Shown here: piece by piece, positions 38,529-48,712 of the stretch | Position numbering within the stretch: the stretch's first letter is position 1 | Layout: each line of letters opens with the position of its first letter | Origin: Candidatus Latescibacterota bacterium | GTDB lineage: Bacteria; Latescibacterota; UBA2968; GCA-2709665 | Assembly: GCA_965237675.1 (NCBI GenBank) | Contig: OZ250150.1 | Location: forward strand, 1,728,001 to 1,792,000 | Reading direction: 5' to 3' | DNA: 64,000 nt | The notes under the pieces: model-generated | Told to the model about the DNA's origin: nothing | Database searches by the model: none | What the model saw: the letters and a program-made list of their open reading frames with translations, nothing else | Made by a program: the position numbers and the translations under genes

Positions 38529-41500
38529 ATGGCTGAAACAGGACGTCGCAGCGCGCGGAGACGGCGGCAGGAGTCTTACGATATCGAGATCGCGAACAAG
38601 GAGATCCCGACGCTGAAAGATCTCCATCTTGAAACGGACCTGTCGGGCGATGTGCTGGTGGCGGCGCCCGAAGGCCGGGCCGGAGAGAAGATCGGCGTGG
38701 CGATCGCGCAGGCCCTCGGCGGCGGGGCGGAAGTCCGTTCCGCATCGGAGATCGGCGAGAACGATTGGGAGGGCGCGCATATTGTCGCGGCGGGTAACGT
38801 ATTCACCAACGGGGCGATCCGGCGCCTGGGGATGAATTTCTACGCGTGGACGGACGAATATTACCCCGGTGGGGACGGGTACGAGGTAAGAACGGTCCAC
38901 AATCCCTTCGGGACGGGCCGCAACGCGGTTCTTTTGGGAGGAAGTACGCCCGAAGGGGTGGCGCGTGCGGTGGACCAATTCATCAAAATCCTCGAAGCGG
39001 AAGGACCGCGCATCGGAAGGATCAACCGGTCCGTGTCCCGCCAGAACCCGGAGTCGGCGCCCACGGACGCCGAAGCCCGGAGGATCATCGACACGGTGAA
39101 CGAACAGGTGGCGCTTTCCGGGAGCCAGGGCCCGTTGCGCCGCATGGTGGACCACGCGATGCTCTACTATCTGTCGGGCCAGGATGTCTGGGGCCGGATT
39201 TTCAGGGAGGAATTCCTGCATTTCATCGATCTGGCGCATGAGGCCGGAGACTGGTGCCTGTCGCAGGGGACGCATCTCTACTTCTGGATTTACCGCATGC
39301 TGACGGCCTGGGACGTGATGGAGGAGGGGGACGTGTTGAGCGACGGCGACCGGCTGAAGATGACGAACGCGATTTACAATATCATCCGGTGGACGTCCGA
39401 ACTGACCCACTTTCGATTCAAGTCCGTGGACGACGTGGTTCAGAACCAGAATCATCAGAGTTTCGCCGCGTTGAGTCTGTTTACCGGGGCGAGGTATTTC
39501 AAGAAGTATTACGGGCTCACGGATTTCGACGAAAAGCTGCCCCTGGCGCATCGGACCCTGGAACTGCATGCCCGGTCGTACAAGCCCAACGACAACGCGG
39601 GCACCGGGTACGTCTGGATTACGCCCGGACATCTGATCAAGTACGGCTTGATGACGGACGATCTTTCGTACCTGGAAGACGGTCATCTTGCCCGCCTGCT
39701 GGACAGCGCCGTGCTTACCATCGACAGCCGGGGCGACGACTGCTCGTATGGTGACGTCGGCGCCTACCGGGCAGCCCGGGCAAGCCGTCCCAGCGGATTG
39801 CAGACCGCGGCGGTCGGCGCGTGGTTCTACAACGACGGGCGCTACCGGTGGCTATACGATTGGTTGGAGCAGGGGCAGGAGTGGAAGGAGTCCTTCCGCC
39901 GGGACAGGAACTGGGGGATCGGCGGATGGGAGGTGTACGATGGATTTTTCTTCAAGGACGTGGCGCCGGTGGAGCCCTCGGAACTGCTGGGGGTTCGCGC
40001 GTCCATGCTGGACGGGGCCGCTCACGAATTTGCAACGGAACGGGCACGGAAAACGGGGCAATACCACGGCGATCCTCTGCCGGAATCGGACGTGCCCCTT
40101 GCGGAGGCGTTCGACAAGCTGGCGTTCCGACGCAGCTTCGACAGGCGCAGTGAGTATCTTCTGATCGACGGGCCGACGGGTTTTTCTCATTCCCAGGAGG
40201 ATGGCAATTCGATCATCCGCCTGTGCTGGAACGATCGGATCTGGCTGGCGGATCTGGACTACATCCGCCGGCTGGCGAGATATCACAACACGGTAGTGAT
40301 CGTGAAGGACGGGACGTGTGTTCCCAAGCCGGGCCAGGTGGCGCTCAGGGCGATCGGTGATTTCGAGAACTGGGGGTACAGCCGGACGGTGTCGCCCGGG
40401 GACAATGGAACGGACTGGGCGCGTAGTATCTTCTGGCGAAAGGGTTCCTATTTTCTGGTGATCGATACTGTAGACGCGCTCGAGGACGGAGACTTTTTTC
40501 TGGACGCCATCTGGCGGGTGCTGGGGCAGGTGGAGGCGGATGGAAACGCGTTGCGCCTCGAGCAGGACGGGGAACGGTTCCACATTGTGAATGCGGACGA
40601 CTCCGAGAAATCGTTGACGGACCGTGAGGCGGACTTCGCGCCGGACTGGGAAAGCAACTGGGAGAATTACGAGCACGCGGACGGGACGGTGCGGATGTGG
40701 CATCAGAAGAAGCGCCTCGCCATGAACGTCGGCGAGCAGACAACCTTTGTCAATCTCCTGTATCCGTCGAATTCGGAGATGGATCAGGAGTTTGCCCTGG
40801 AGCGGGTGGGTCCGTCCGTTGCGATGGTCCGGGATAAACGGTCCGACGAGGTGGTGTTGGCCGGGGCAGGGACGTTCAGTTCGGGCGACCTGGAGGTGGA
40901 AGCGAAGCTGTTCCGGATCGACGGAGACGGGTTTGCCCTCGTGGAGGGCACCACACTATCGTGGGAAGGACCGTTGTTCCGGAGTTGGGCGCCCGTGTCG
41001 GTGGAGATGGATCTGGCCAGCGGCGTGGGGGTTGTCGAGACCCGTACCGAGACCCGAATAGGTATCCGCGCCGACGCCGTGCATCTGAACGGCGAACGGA
41101 TTTCCGGTGGCGGCGAAGGAAAACTGCGCTGGTTCACGCTGTCGGCCGGCAGGCACGACCTTGAGGTCTTGCCCCGCGCACCCGGGACGTTCGACCGGGC
41201 GTTGCGGAAGGCGCCGTCCTACCGTGAAGGCTCCGTGTCCATTGGCGTGGCGCCCGTCTCCCGAGCCGGGCTGGAGCCCGCGTGGTCGTTCGACGCTGGA
41301 GCGTGCGTAACGGCCGTTGCGTCGGATGGATCGGGCCGGACGCTGGCGGGTACGGTCAACGGGGACGTTCACCTCCTTGGCGCTGACGGCGCCGAGGCGT
41401 GGTCGTTCGAGGCGGGGGGCGAAGTCCGTGCCGTGCACCTGGCGGATATCGACGGGGACGGCGCGCCGGAGGCAATTGTCGGAACGCGGGATTGCCGGCT

Positions 41501-42395
41501 CTACGTTCTGGACGCCGGGGGTGAACCGCGCTGGACGCACGAGTTTCCGCCGGGAAGCGGCATGCGCCCGCAACGTCTGACGACCCTTTCGTCGGCCGAT
41601 CTCGACGGCGACGGCCGGAAGCAGGTGCTGGCCGGCGCAGAGGGTTGGCTTTTCCACGCGTTCGAGGCCGACGGGTCGCTGAAGTGGCAGACCGAGACCC
41701 ACTATCACTGCATCACCGGATGCCTGGCCGTGGACCTGGACGGCGACGGAAAGGACGAGATCCTGGTGGGCACCGAGTATTACACGATCAATTGTCTCAA
41801 TCCCGACGGGACGGCGCGCTGGCGGCAAAGCACGGGCTGTGTCTCACCGACGATTCTCTCGGCCGATCTGGACGGAGACGGGGCGATGGAGGTCGTCTAT
41901 GGAGATTGGAGGGCGGTGAACGCGGCGTCGAGCGGGGAGTTGTTCGGCCAGACCGGCCTGGGCGGCAGGGGCAAGTTTTCGGGGCCGGGGACGTACAGCA
42001 GCAAACCCGGCAGGATGGGGGCCCTCTCATGGCGCGTGAATATGGGTGGGGAGGTGGAGGACATCGCCCTTGCGGACGTGAACGGAGATGGACGGCCGGA
42101 GGTGATCGCGGCCAGCGACGTGGGCCAACTGGCCTGCATCGCGGGGGGTGGCGAGGTCCTGTGGCGCCGGGATCTGGTGGACAAGATCACGTGGCTGACG
42201 GCCGTGCAGGGCAATGGACGGGTGAAAGTCCTGGTGGGTTTCGAAACCGGCGAGATCCGGACTTATGACGCGGACGGCGGCCTGGTCGCCGGGGATCGGG
42301 TCGACGGCGAGGTCACGCACCTCCGGGCGGACGGCGACCGGGTCGTGTGCGCCACCTCAAGGGGGACGGTGACGGCGTTCCGGGCGGTGGGATAA
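38529..42395 (+). CDS. Large heparinase II/III-like protein with C-terminal FG-GAP/PQQ beta-propeller (paralog 3)
   Basis: ATG 38529 after GAGGT; YPGGDGYEVRTVHNPFGTG, QNHQ, SYGD, HSQEDGN, YHNT; multiple DLDGDG repeats. Confidence 0.8.
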   Translation: MAETGRRSARRRRQESYDIEIANKEIPTLKDLHLETDLSGDVLVAAPEGRAGEKIGVAIAQALGGGAEVRSASEIGENDWEGAHIVAAGNVFTNGAIRRLGMNFYAWTDEYYPGGDGYEVRTVHNPFGTGRNAVLLGGSTPEGVARAVDQFIKILEAEGPRIGRINRSVSRQNPESAPTDAEARRIIDTVNEQVALSGSQGPLRRMVDHAMLYYLSGQDVWGRIFREEFLHFIDLAHEAGDWCLSQGTHLYFWIYRMLTAWDVMEEGDVLSDGDRLKMTNAIYNIIRWTSELTHFRFKSVDDVVQNQNHQSFAALSLFTGARYFKKYYGLTDFDEKLPLAHRTLELHARSYKPNDNAGTGYVWITPGHLIKYGLMTDDLSYLEDGHLARLLDSAVLTIDSRGDDCSYGDVGAYRAARASRPSGLQTAAVGAWFYNDGRYRWLYDWLEQGQEWKESFRRDRNWGIGGWEVYDGFFFKDVAPVEPSELLGVRASMLDGAAHEFATERARKTGQYHGDPLPESDVPLAEAFDKLAFRRSFDRRSEYLLIDGPTGFSHSQEDGNSIIRLCWNDRIWLADLDYIRRLARYHNTVVIVKDGTCVPKPGQVALRAIGDFENWGYSRTVSPGDNGTDWARSIFWRKGSYFLVIDTVDALEDGDFFLDAIWRVLGQVEADGNALRLEQDGERFHIVNADDSEKSLTDREADFAPDWESNWENYEHADGTVRMWHQKKRLAMNVGEQTTFVNLLYPSNSEMDQEFALERVGPSVAMVRDKRSDEVVLAGAGTFSSGDLEVEAKLFRIDGDGFALVEGTTLSWEGPLFRSWAPVSVEMDLASGVGVVETRTETRIGIRADAVHLNGERISGGGEGKLRWFTLSAGRHDLEVLPRAPGTFDRALRKAPSYREGSVSIGVAPVSRAGLEPAWSFDAGACVTAVASDGSGRTLAGTVNGDVHLLGADGAEAWSFEAGGEVRAVHLADIDGDGAPEAIVGTRDCRLYVLDAGGEPRWTHEFPPGSGMRPQRLTTLSSADLDGDGRKQVLAGAEGWLFHAFEADGSLKWQTETHYHCITGCLAVDLDGDGKDEILVGTEYYTINCLNPDGTARWRQSTGCVSPTILSADLDGDGAMEVVYGDWRAVNAASSGELFGQTGLGGRGKFSGPGTYSSKPGRMGALSWRVNMGGEVEDIALADVNGDGRPEVIAASDVGQLACIAGGGEVLWRRDLVDKITWLTAVQGNGRVKVLVGFETGEIRTYDADGGLVAGDRVDGEVTHLRADGDRVVCATSRGTVTAFRAVG

Positions 42396-42470
42396 GTCCG
42401 GATCGGAAATGCGGACGGTGTAACTGTGTAGTCAATATGGGAATTTCTGAAGAATATCGAGAGAACGTCT

Positions 42471-43334
42471 ATGGCCGGCCTGAGCGCGGATCAGCTTTCC
42501 GCTTATCTTGACGACGGCGTTTTGCTGCTGGAGGATGTGTTGTCACCGGCGGATCTGCAGCCGCTGATCAACGACATCACCGCGGAGATCGATCGAAAGG
42601 CGCGGGAGGCCTTCGCGGATGAAAGGCTTTCCGATCCGTTCGCGGGTGCGCCGTTTGACCGGCGACTGACGCGTATCCGCGACGCGATGGACGATCCGTC
42701 GGCAATCGAGAAGGCCGTGACGGGTAAACGCCTCAAGACGGCCGGGATGTTTTCACTGATCACGCACCCGGCGATCCTGGATATCGTGGAATCGGTCATC
42801 GGGTCGGAGATCCTTGCCCATCCCCAGTTCAATTGCCAGGCGAAGATGCCCAACGAAGCCCGTTCGCAGATCCCGTGGCACCAGGACCTGGGTTTTCTGC
42901 ATCCCGAAGCGGAAGCGACGTTTATGGTGAATTTCTGGATTCCGCTGGTGGACGTAACGGTGGAAAACGGATGCCTGGAGGTGATTCCGGGGAGCCACCG
43001 CGCCGGGTTGATGCCTCACGGAGAACTTACGGATTATCCGAACGAGGGGATCCTCGCGGGGTGGGTTCCCGATGGGCAGCCTGTCGCCTGTCCGGTGCGA
43101 AAGGGCGGTCTGGTGGTGTTCCAGCACAAGACGGCGCACCGGTCCTTTCCCAACCGGACGGACCGCATCCGCTGGAGCCTGGATGTTCGATACTCCGATC
43201 CATCGAAACCCACGGGGCGGGACGAGGTGCCAGGATTCGTCGCGCGCAGCAGGGCGCGTCCTGAGCGGGTCGCGAAAACACACCTGGATTGGTTGCGGCT
43301 GATGGACGGCGTGGACACGTCGCATTATGAGTAG
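42471..43334 (+). CDS. Phytanoyl-CoA dioxygenase (PhyH) family protein
   Basis: PWHQD, ENGCLEVIPGSH, HRSFPN, RWSLDVRY. Confidence 0.92.
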   Translation: MAGLSADQLSAYLDDGVLLLEDVLSPADLQPLINDITAEIDRKAREAFADERLSDPFAGAPFDRRLTRIRDAMDDPSAIEKAVTGKRLKTAGMFSLITHPAILDIVESVIGSEILAHPQFNCQAKMPNEARSQIPWHQDLGFLHPEAEATFMVNFWIPLVDVTVENGCLEVIPGSHRAGLMPHGELTDYPNEGILAGWVPDGQPVACPVRKGGLVVFQHKTAHRSFPNRTDRIRWSLDVRYSDPSKPTGRDEVPGFVARSRARPERVAKTHLDWLRLMDGVDTSHYE

Positions 43335-43418
43335 GTCGGACTGAAGAAGCGCCAGCGTGGACTCCTGGCTCGGAATAAATCGCCGCAGATTGTTTTCCAG
43401 CAACGCAGGTGGGTGCCG

Positions 43419-45239
43419 TTACTCGCCCGCGTGTGCAAGGGCCCTGTCGACCCTTTCCGTCCATGGGTCCGCGACGCGCTCCTCGTATCTCCCGTCGCTG
43501 AAGTAGGCGGCCTTGGGCATATTGCGGTCTTCCAGGATCGCTTGGCGGTGTGACCTCTTGAGACGTGGTCTGAGTTTGCGAAGGCCCGCGGCCTTCTCCC
43601 GGGCCTCCGGCCCTGCGGGCAATGCGCAGATTTCGTCTGAAACGTGCCAGCCGCGGATGAGGGTTGCGGGAAACTGGAACCAGCGGCGGATATACTTGAT
43701 TCTGAGGCGGACGACGGGGTCCCGCGTGGCCTTGTAGGCGCGCGAGAGCATGGCTTCGAGGGCGTTCGCGTCGTCGATGGTGTAACAGTTGACTTGGTCG
43801 TTCAACCCGCGCAGGCCCTGGAACCACCGGCCCTGCCGGGGGCGGCGCCAGATGGATTCGAGAAGGTCGTAAAAGGAGCGGACCTCGCCCGCTGCCCCGC
43901 CGAACAGACGCGTGAAGAATTCTTCAAGGAGCTTTTCCGGGTCCTGGTCGGCGTTCCACCAGAGCTTGGATGCCAGCCAGATCTGCGGCCCGGCGGCGGG
44001 CCAGTGAGGATAGGCTTCGGCATAGAAGCCTTTGACGCCCGCGCTGTGCTGGAACTTGATGTCGTCGGCCATCAGGCGCGGGAAGTAACGCGGTAGCACC
44101 CAGCCCAGGCCATAGTAGTCGTACTTGCAGACGTGGTCGCACTGTTTGAGCCAGGCGAGGATGAATTCACGGTCTTTGTCCCGGTATTCGGAATCCAGGT
44201 GCTGTGCGGTATCCTGCGTGAGGTAAATGGCCGTATTGGGCTCGAGGCGTTCGATGCGTCGGGGCGGCTCCTCCACGTTATGGTAGGCCAGGCATCCCAC
44301 GAATTTTCCGGGATGGGATTCCTGCAGCGCGCGCGCCACGGCGTTGAAGTAGGTGAACCACCGGTCGGAGTAGATCGGGCGGTCCCGGAATTTCAGACCC
44401 GGAACGTCGAGCGCACGGCAGTTGTCGCACAGGCAGAAGTTCCCGTTGTCGTTCATGCCCAGAGAGAAACAGTGTGCCTCGGGGTGTTCGTCGAAATAGG
44501 CTCGTGTTTCCCGGATGGTGATATCAACGACTTCGGGGTTGCTGGTGCACGGTTGACCGAACAGGCCGTTGCTCACAGTGTCGCTCTCGGGGACAAGGCG
44601 CTCCCCGTCGATGAGCGCGTAGTACTCCGGGTTCGTCTTTCCGTATCGGGCGACGGGAAAGATCTGATACAGGGCGTGGTGGAAGCCGGCATAGGGCAGT
44701 TCGTGCCTGCGGCTGGAGACGCGGTTCCGGTGTTCCCAGCGATGACCCTCCAGTCCTGCGATTCCGCTGAAGACGCGGAAGAGGAAGTGGGGAGTTCTCG
44801 TCTCGTTTACCGGCGCGATTTTCAGGGTGGTTCTCATCGGGATGTCTTCGAAGAGTTCCCCGGGCATGAACCAGCGCACGTCGAGGTGGTCTTCCAGCAG
44901 ACCGTAGACGCCGTAGGACGTGCCGCTGTCGCTTCCGCCGAGGATGAAGAGGTCCCTGCCCGCCGTGTGGATGCGGTAGCCCTCCACGCCGGCGTCTCCG
45001 GCATCCAGGTTCAGCGATCGGGCGTACGCGGTGGCGCCGACGTGGATGGCGGTTCTGCCCCAGGGCGCGGGCTTTCCGCCGTCCGTTCCCATCGGGGGCG
45101 CCATACCGGTGATCTTCTCCAGCATGGCTTGCAGGTCCGCGGCGGCGTCGCGAAGGATATCGCCGGCGCCTTCCGGCACGATGATGGCGGTACGGGGCTG
45201 TCCCCTGTCCGCCAGGGTGAGCGTTCTGGATCGAGCCAT
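43419..45239 (-). CDS. DUF4838-like putative glycan-active protein
   Basis: N-terminal EGYRI...ILGGSDSGTSYGVYGLLEDHLDVRWFMPG; NPEYYAL, QPCTSNP, SLGMND, CLCDNC. Confidence 0.8.
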   Translation of the reverse strand: MARSRTLTLADRGQPRTAIIVPEGAGDILRDAAADLQAMLEKITGMAPPMGTDGGKPAPWGRTAIHVGATAYARSLNLDAGDAGVEGYRIHTAGRDLFILGGSDSGTSYGVYGLLEDHLDVRWFMPGELFEDIPMRTTLKIAPVNETRTPHFLFRVFSGIAGLEGHRWEHRNRVSSRRHELPYAGFHHALYQIFPVARYGKTNPEYYALIDGERLVPESDTVSNGLFGQPCTSNPEVVDITIRETRAYFDEHPEAHCFSLGMNDNGNFCLCDNCRALDVPGLKFRDRPIYSDRWFTYFNAVARALQESHPGKFVGCLAYHNVEEPPRRIERLEPNTAIYLTQDTAQHLDSEYRDKDREFILAWLKQCDHVCKYDYYGLGWVLPRYFPRLMADDIKFQHSAGVKGFYAEAYPHWPAAGPQIWLASKLWWNADQDPEKLLEEFFTRLFGGAAGEVRSFYDLLESIWRRPRQGRWFQGLRGLNDQVNCYTIDDANALEAMLSRAYKATRDPVVRLRIKYIRRWFQFPATLIRGWHVSDEICALPAGPEAREKAAGLRKLRPRLKRSHRQAILEDRNMPKAAYFSDGRYEERVADPWTERVDRALAHAGE

Positions 45240-45240
45240 A

Positions 45241-46491
45241 TCAGTGTCCCTCCTGAAGAGGTTGAGGATGGCGTTGTTTTTCTTTGGGTAGAAACCGTGC
45301 GGTCAAACGCCGGCTGATCTCCGGATAGATGGCGATGAAGTGGTCCCGCATGGTCGGAAACTGAAACGCCTCGGCGGTTTCAAACCCGGTTTCAATGTCC
45401 TGTTTCCGGGGCATGTGGCAGTCGATGCAGTTGGTCAGGATCGAGTCCCCGAGTTCAGCTGCCATACCGCAGGTGTGGGCCGTGTGACAGGCGGCACACC
45501 GCCCGGAGAACAGGGCAAGGTCTCCGCGCTCCAGGACGTGCGGGTTGTGGCAGGTGATGCAGGTCATCGTTGAGCTCTGCTGGAAGCATTTCGATTTGGT
45601 GAGTCGCGGTAGCTGGTTGGTGCTGTGTACGCCGATTCTGTTCTGTTCTTCGGGGGCGTCCATTTCCAGGTAATCGTTAAGGGGGGCGCCCGGTCGGAAG
45701 GAAAAAGGCCGCTGGCGCGGGCCCCCCACGCCGGAGTGGCATTGGGCGCACAGGTCGATCAATCGCGGCGGTTCGAGCCGGCCGGGGTGGAGGATGTAGG
45801 GCAGGTCGCTCGCATCGGGATGGCCGCGTTGATAGGCCGCGTGTTCGGCGCCGGGTCCGTGACACCGCTCGCAGGAGATGCCAAGCACGAAACGATCCCT
45901 GTTGTATGCGTTACTGGAATAGGATTCCGATTCGAAATAGGTTGCGTGGCACTCCAGGCATCGGGGGACGACACCACGGGAGAAGTTCACCTCGCCGTCG
46001 GGATAGCCCGGGCTGTTGATCCACCGTTGCTGCTGCGTGAAGTAGGAGATGGGCAACTGATAGAGGCGGTCGCCCTGCCAGAAGAGGTAGGTCTGGCCGA
46101 TTTTTCCGGAGCCGGTGACAATGTCGATGCGCTCGGTCCGGCGGTAGCTGCCATCCCCCTTTCCAATGATGGCGGTCTGATAGTATCCATCTTCTCCGGC
46201 GGTGATTTCGAAACGGAGATTGGGGTTCCGGGTTCGGACCGTGGCGTGGTCCGGAGAGAAGCTGCCCAGAATCGTTTTGGCATCGGGCAGGCGGGAGGTG
46301 AGATGGTGGGCTGTGCGCCGGAACTCCTCGAACCTGTCCCGGTGACACTCCGCGCAGGCCTGGGCGCCGATGTAGCCCGATGAACGGGTTTCGCCGTTCG
46401 CGTCCCCGTCGCCCGCGCCGATTCGAGCCGCCGCGGGCAACAGGAACATCGGAATGGCGAGTACGGTTAGCCTGGAGCAGAATCTTGTCAT
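45241..46491 (-). CDS. Multiheme c-type cytochrome (7 CxxCH motifs)
   Basis: Signal peptide; CAECH, CLECH, CERCH, CAQCH, CITCH, CAACH, CIDCH. Confidence 0.9.
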   Translation of the reverse strand: MTRFCSRLTVLAIPMFLLPAAARIGAGDGDANGETRSSGYIGAQACAECHRDRFEEFRRTAHHLTSRLPDAKTILGSFSPDHATVRTRNPNLRFEITAGEDGYYQTAIIGKGDGSYRRTERIDIVTGSGKIGQTYLFWQGDRLYQLPISYFTQQQRWINSPGYPDGEVNFSRGVVPRCLECHATYFESESYSSNAYNRDRFVLGISCERCHGPGAEHAAYQRGHPDASDLPYILHPGRLEPPRLIDLCAQCHSGVGGPRQRPFSFRPGAPLNDYLEMDAPEEQNRIGVHSTNQLPRLTKSKCFQQSSTMTCITCHNPHVLERGDLALFSGRCAACHTAHTCGMAAELGDSILTNCIDCHMPRKQDIETGFETAEAFQFPTMRDHFIAIYPEISRRLTARFLPKEKQRHPQPLQEGH

Positions 46492-46587
46492 AGCCGTCTC
46501 GATTTCCGCCTGACAGATGGCCCGGCAACAACGAAATTATGCGTGCGGAACCGCCGGATGTCAAACGAAAACTCGAAAGGCAGCGTG

Positions 46588-47610
46588 ATGGCGAAAAAGC
46601 GGATCGCGATTGTGGGAGCGGGGAACATGGCCCGGACACGCGGAAGGGCGTTTCTGGATACCGGCCGGGCGGAAATCTGCGCGGTGGCTTCGCGGCGTCG
46701 GGAGCGCGCTGAAATCTGCGCGAGTGAGTTGGGTTGCGCCGTTTTTGACGATGATTTCCGGAAGCTGGCCGATACCCGCCCGGACGCGTTTCTGATCGAG
46801 GTGCCCCATCGGGTTCAGGATGAGGTGACCCTTTGGGCGCTGAATGCAGGCTACGACCTTCTCGTCGGCGGTTGTCTCGCCTCGTCTCTGAAGAATGGGA
46901 AACGGATTGTGGAGATGGCGAACCGGTCTGGGCGGATCGTGGAGGCCGGGTTTCAACGCCGTTACGACCCGGCCTGGGAGGAGATCCGGCGCCTGGTGGC
47001 GGGAGGCGAACTTGGAGCGCCGGTGATGGCCGTGACCATGGCCCTGTGGAACCCGGACGCCGACGGCTGGTACTACGACCAGGAGGCCAGCGGCGGCATG
47101 CCGCTGACCCACATGAGCTACTGCTATCTCAATGCCGTCCGCTGGATTCTCGGCAGGCCGACCACCGTGTCCGCGATGGCCAACCGGAAGCGGAATACGG
47201 CTCCCGGTCACGTTACGGAGGAGACATGCGGAGTGCTGATCGGATTTGACAACGGCGCGTTCGCTTCGGCCACGGCCAGCTATATCGGCCCGGAGGGCAT
47301 GCCCGACCCACAGCCGCGATTTGTCTGTACCGAGGGCGGAATCCTGCCCAATGCCGACAGTCCGCCAGGCAAGGATTCCATCACTGTTTATAGGGAGGAC
47401 CGCTCGGAGGTGCGCGTTTTTGAGGCAGAGCCTTCCTCTACCGTAAGGCAGGCAGACGCCTTTCTGGATGCGATAGACGGGCGCCGCGAAGCCAGTAATC
47501 CTCCCGAGGATGCCCTGCTGGACGTCGAGATTGCCGAAGCCGTTTCCATCTCGGCCAGGGAACACCGAACGGTCTCGCTGGCCGAGATTCGATCGGGAGG
47601 ATCGGTATGA
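46588..47610 (+). CDS. Gfo/Idh/MocA family oxidoreductase, atypical (no EKP motif)
   Basis: IAIVGAGNMA Rossmann motif; GFQRRYDP; LLVGGCLA where HVxxEKP is expected. Confidence 0.8.
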   Translation: MAKKRIAIVGAGNMARTRGRAFLDTGRAEICAVASRRRERAEICASELGCAVFDDDFRKLADTRPDAFLIEVPHRVQDEVTLWALNAGYDLLVGGCLASSLKNGKRIVEMANRSGRIVEAGFQRRYDPAWEEIRRLVAGGELGAPVMAVTMALWNPDADGWYYDQEASGGMPLTHMSYCYLNAVRWILGRPTTVSAMANRKRNTAPGHVTEETCGVLIGFDNGAFASATASYIGPEGMPDPQPRFVCTEGGILPNADSPPGKDSITVYREDRSEVRVFEAEPSSTVRQADAFLDAIDGRREASNPPEDALLDVEIAEAVSISAREHRTVSLAEIRSGGSV

Positions 47611-48449
47611 CAGTGGTGGAGTTGTGGCCGGGCCCGGTTCCCGGAGACGTTGGCATAGACGGTCAGGAGAAAAGCCGCATACACGACTCCAGGTTTGTGG
47701 GGAACACGCTGCTGATCACCAACGTCACCCGACCTTCCATGGCGGTACACCTCCCTCCGGCGGAGAAGAACACGGGCACTGCCATGCTCATCTGCCCGGG
47801 AGGAGGGTACTGGGATCTCTTTTGGGATCTGGAAGGTGAGGAGGTTGCGGCTTGGCTGAATTCCCAGGGCGTAGCTGGAATCATTCTGAAATACAGGGTT
47901 CCGCGCCGTCCGGGCGATGTGAAAGGGGTTCCCCCGGCAGGCCCTCTGTCGGACGCCCAGCGTGCGGTCAGTATGGTGCGCAGCCATGCGAGCGAGTGGC
48001 GTATTGATCCCAATCGTATCGGTATGGTAGGGTTCTCCGCGGGGGGCCACCTGTCGCTGGCGACCGCCACCGGTTACCAGGACCGAAGCTACCAGCCAAT
48101 TGATGCAATCGATGCCGTGAGTTGCCGGCCGGACTTTGCCGTGCTATGTTACTCGGGGTACCTGAAGGATACGGCCCGCGATAGAGTTTCGGAAGGGATT
48201 CACATTCCGGCCGATACGCCTCCTGTGTTTCTTGCCCACGCCAGCGACGACAGCGAATCCGACGTCGAGCACAGCGTGATCATGTACCTGGCGCTGCACC
48301 GAGCCGGGGTTCCGACAGAATTGCATGTCTACGCAACCGGCGAGCACGATTTCGGTGTACGCCACAACGGCGAGCTGCCTTCCAGTTGGCCGCAGCTATG
48401 CCTCAAGTGGCAGCGCAGCATGGGTCTGCTCTCTGCACCACCAGGTTGA
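47607..48449 (+). CDS. Alpha/beta hydrolase (acetylxylan/BD-FAE-like esterase)
   Basis: ICPGGGY, GFSAGG nucleophile, RPDF, HASDD, GEHDFG; ATGA overlap. Confidence 0.9.
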   Translation: MTVVELWPGPVPGDVGIDGQEKSRIHDSRFVGNTLLITNVTRPSMAVHLPPAEKNTGTAMLICPGGGYWDLFWDLEGEEVAAWLNSQGVAGIILKYRVPRRPGDVKGVPPAGPLSDAQRAVSMVRSHASEWRIDPNRIGMVGFSAGGHLSLATATGYQDRSYQPIDAIDAVSCRPDFAVLCYSGYLKDTARDRVSEGIHIPADTPPVFLAHASDDSESDVEHSVIMYLALHRAGVPTELHVYATGEHDFGVRHNGELPSSWPQLCLKWQRSMGLLSAPPG

Positions 48450-48539
48450 CTGACATCTGGTGTTCTGTCCTGGAAATAGATTGCCGAAATTCGGCCGCCG
48501 AGTCGCCCGGCGGGCGAGGCGCGTGCGACCTTAGCCGCT

Positions 48540-48620
48540 CCCTGAGCTTGTCGAAGGGTCGGCGAAGGTCGTTGAAGAGCGCCAAACAGGTTACGAAACG
48601 CGGGCATTTCGACAAGCTCA
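48540..48620. repeat. REP-like inverted repeat pair
   Basis: TGAGCTTGTCGAA (48543-48555) and TTCGACAAGCTCA (48608-48620) form a perfect 13-bp inverted repeat; intergenic. Confidence 0.7.
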
Positions 48621-48712
48621 ATGACCTCGTTTCTACAAGCTGTATCGATAAGTGCAGCGCAAACAGCGCATGCACTTCAACAGGCTCATTGAAGACAACG
48701 CGTCGAGACGGG

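Noticed and set aside
48386-48712. Long N-terminal extension of the PL21-like ORF (likewise 45-197, 2946-3071, 32417-33046, 38382-38528)
   Set aside because: Open-frame run-ons over intergenic DNA, repeats or upstream genes; RBS or signal peptide indicates later starts
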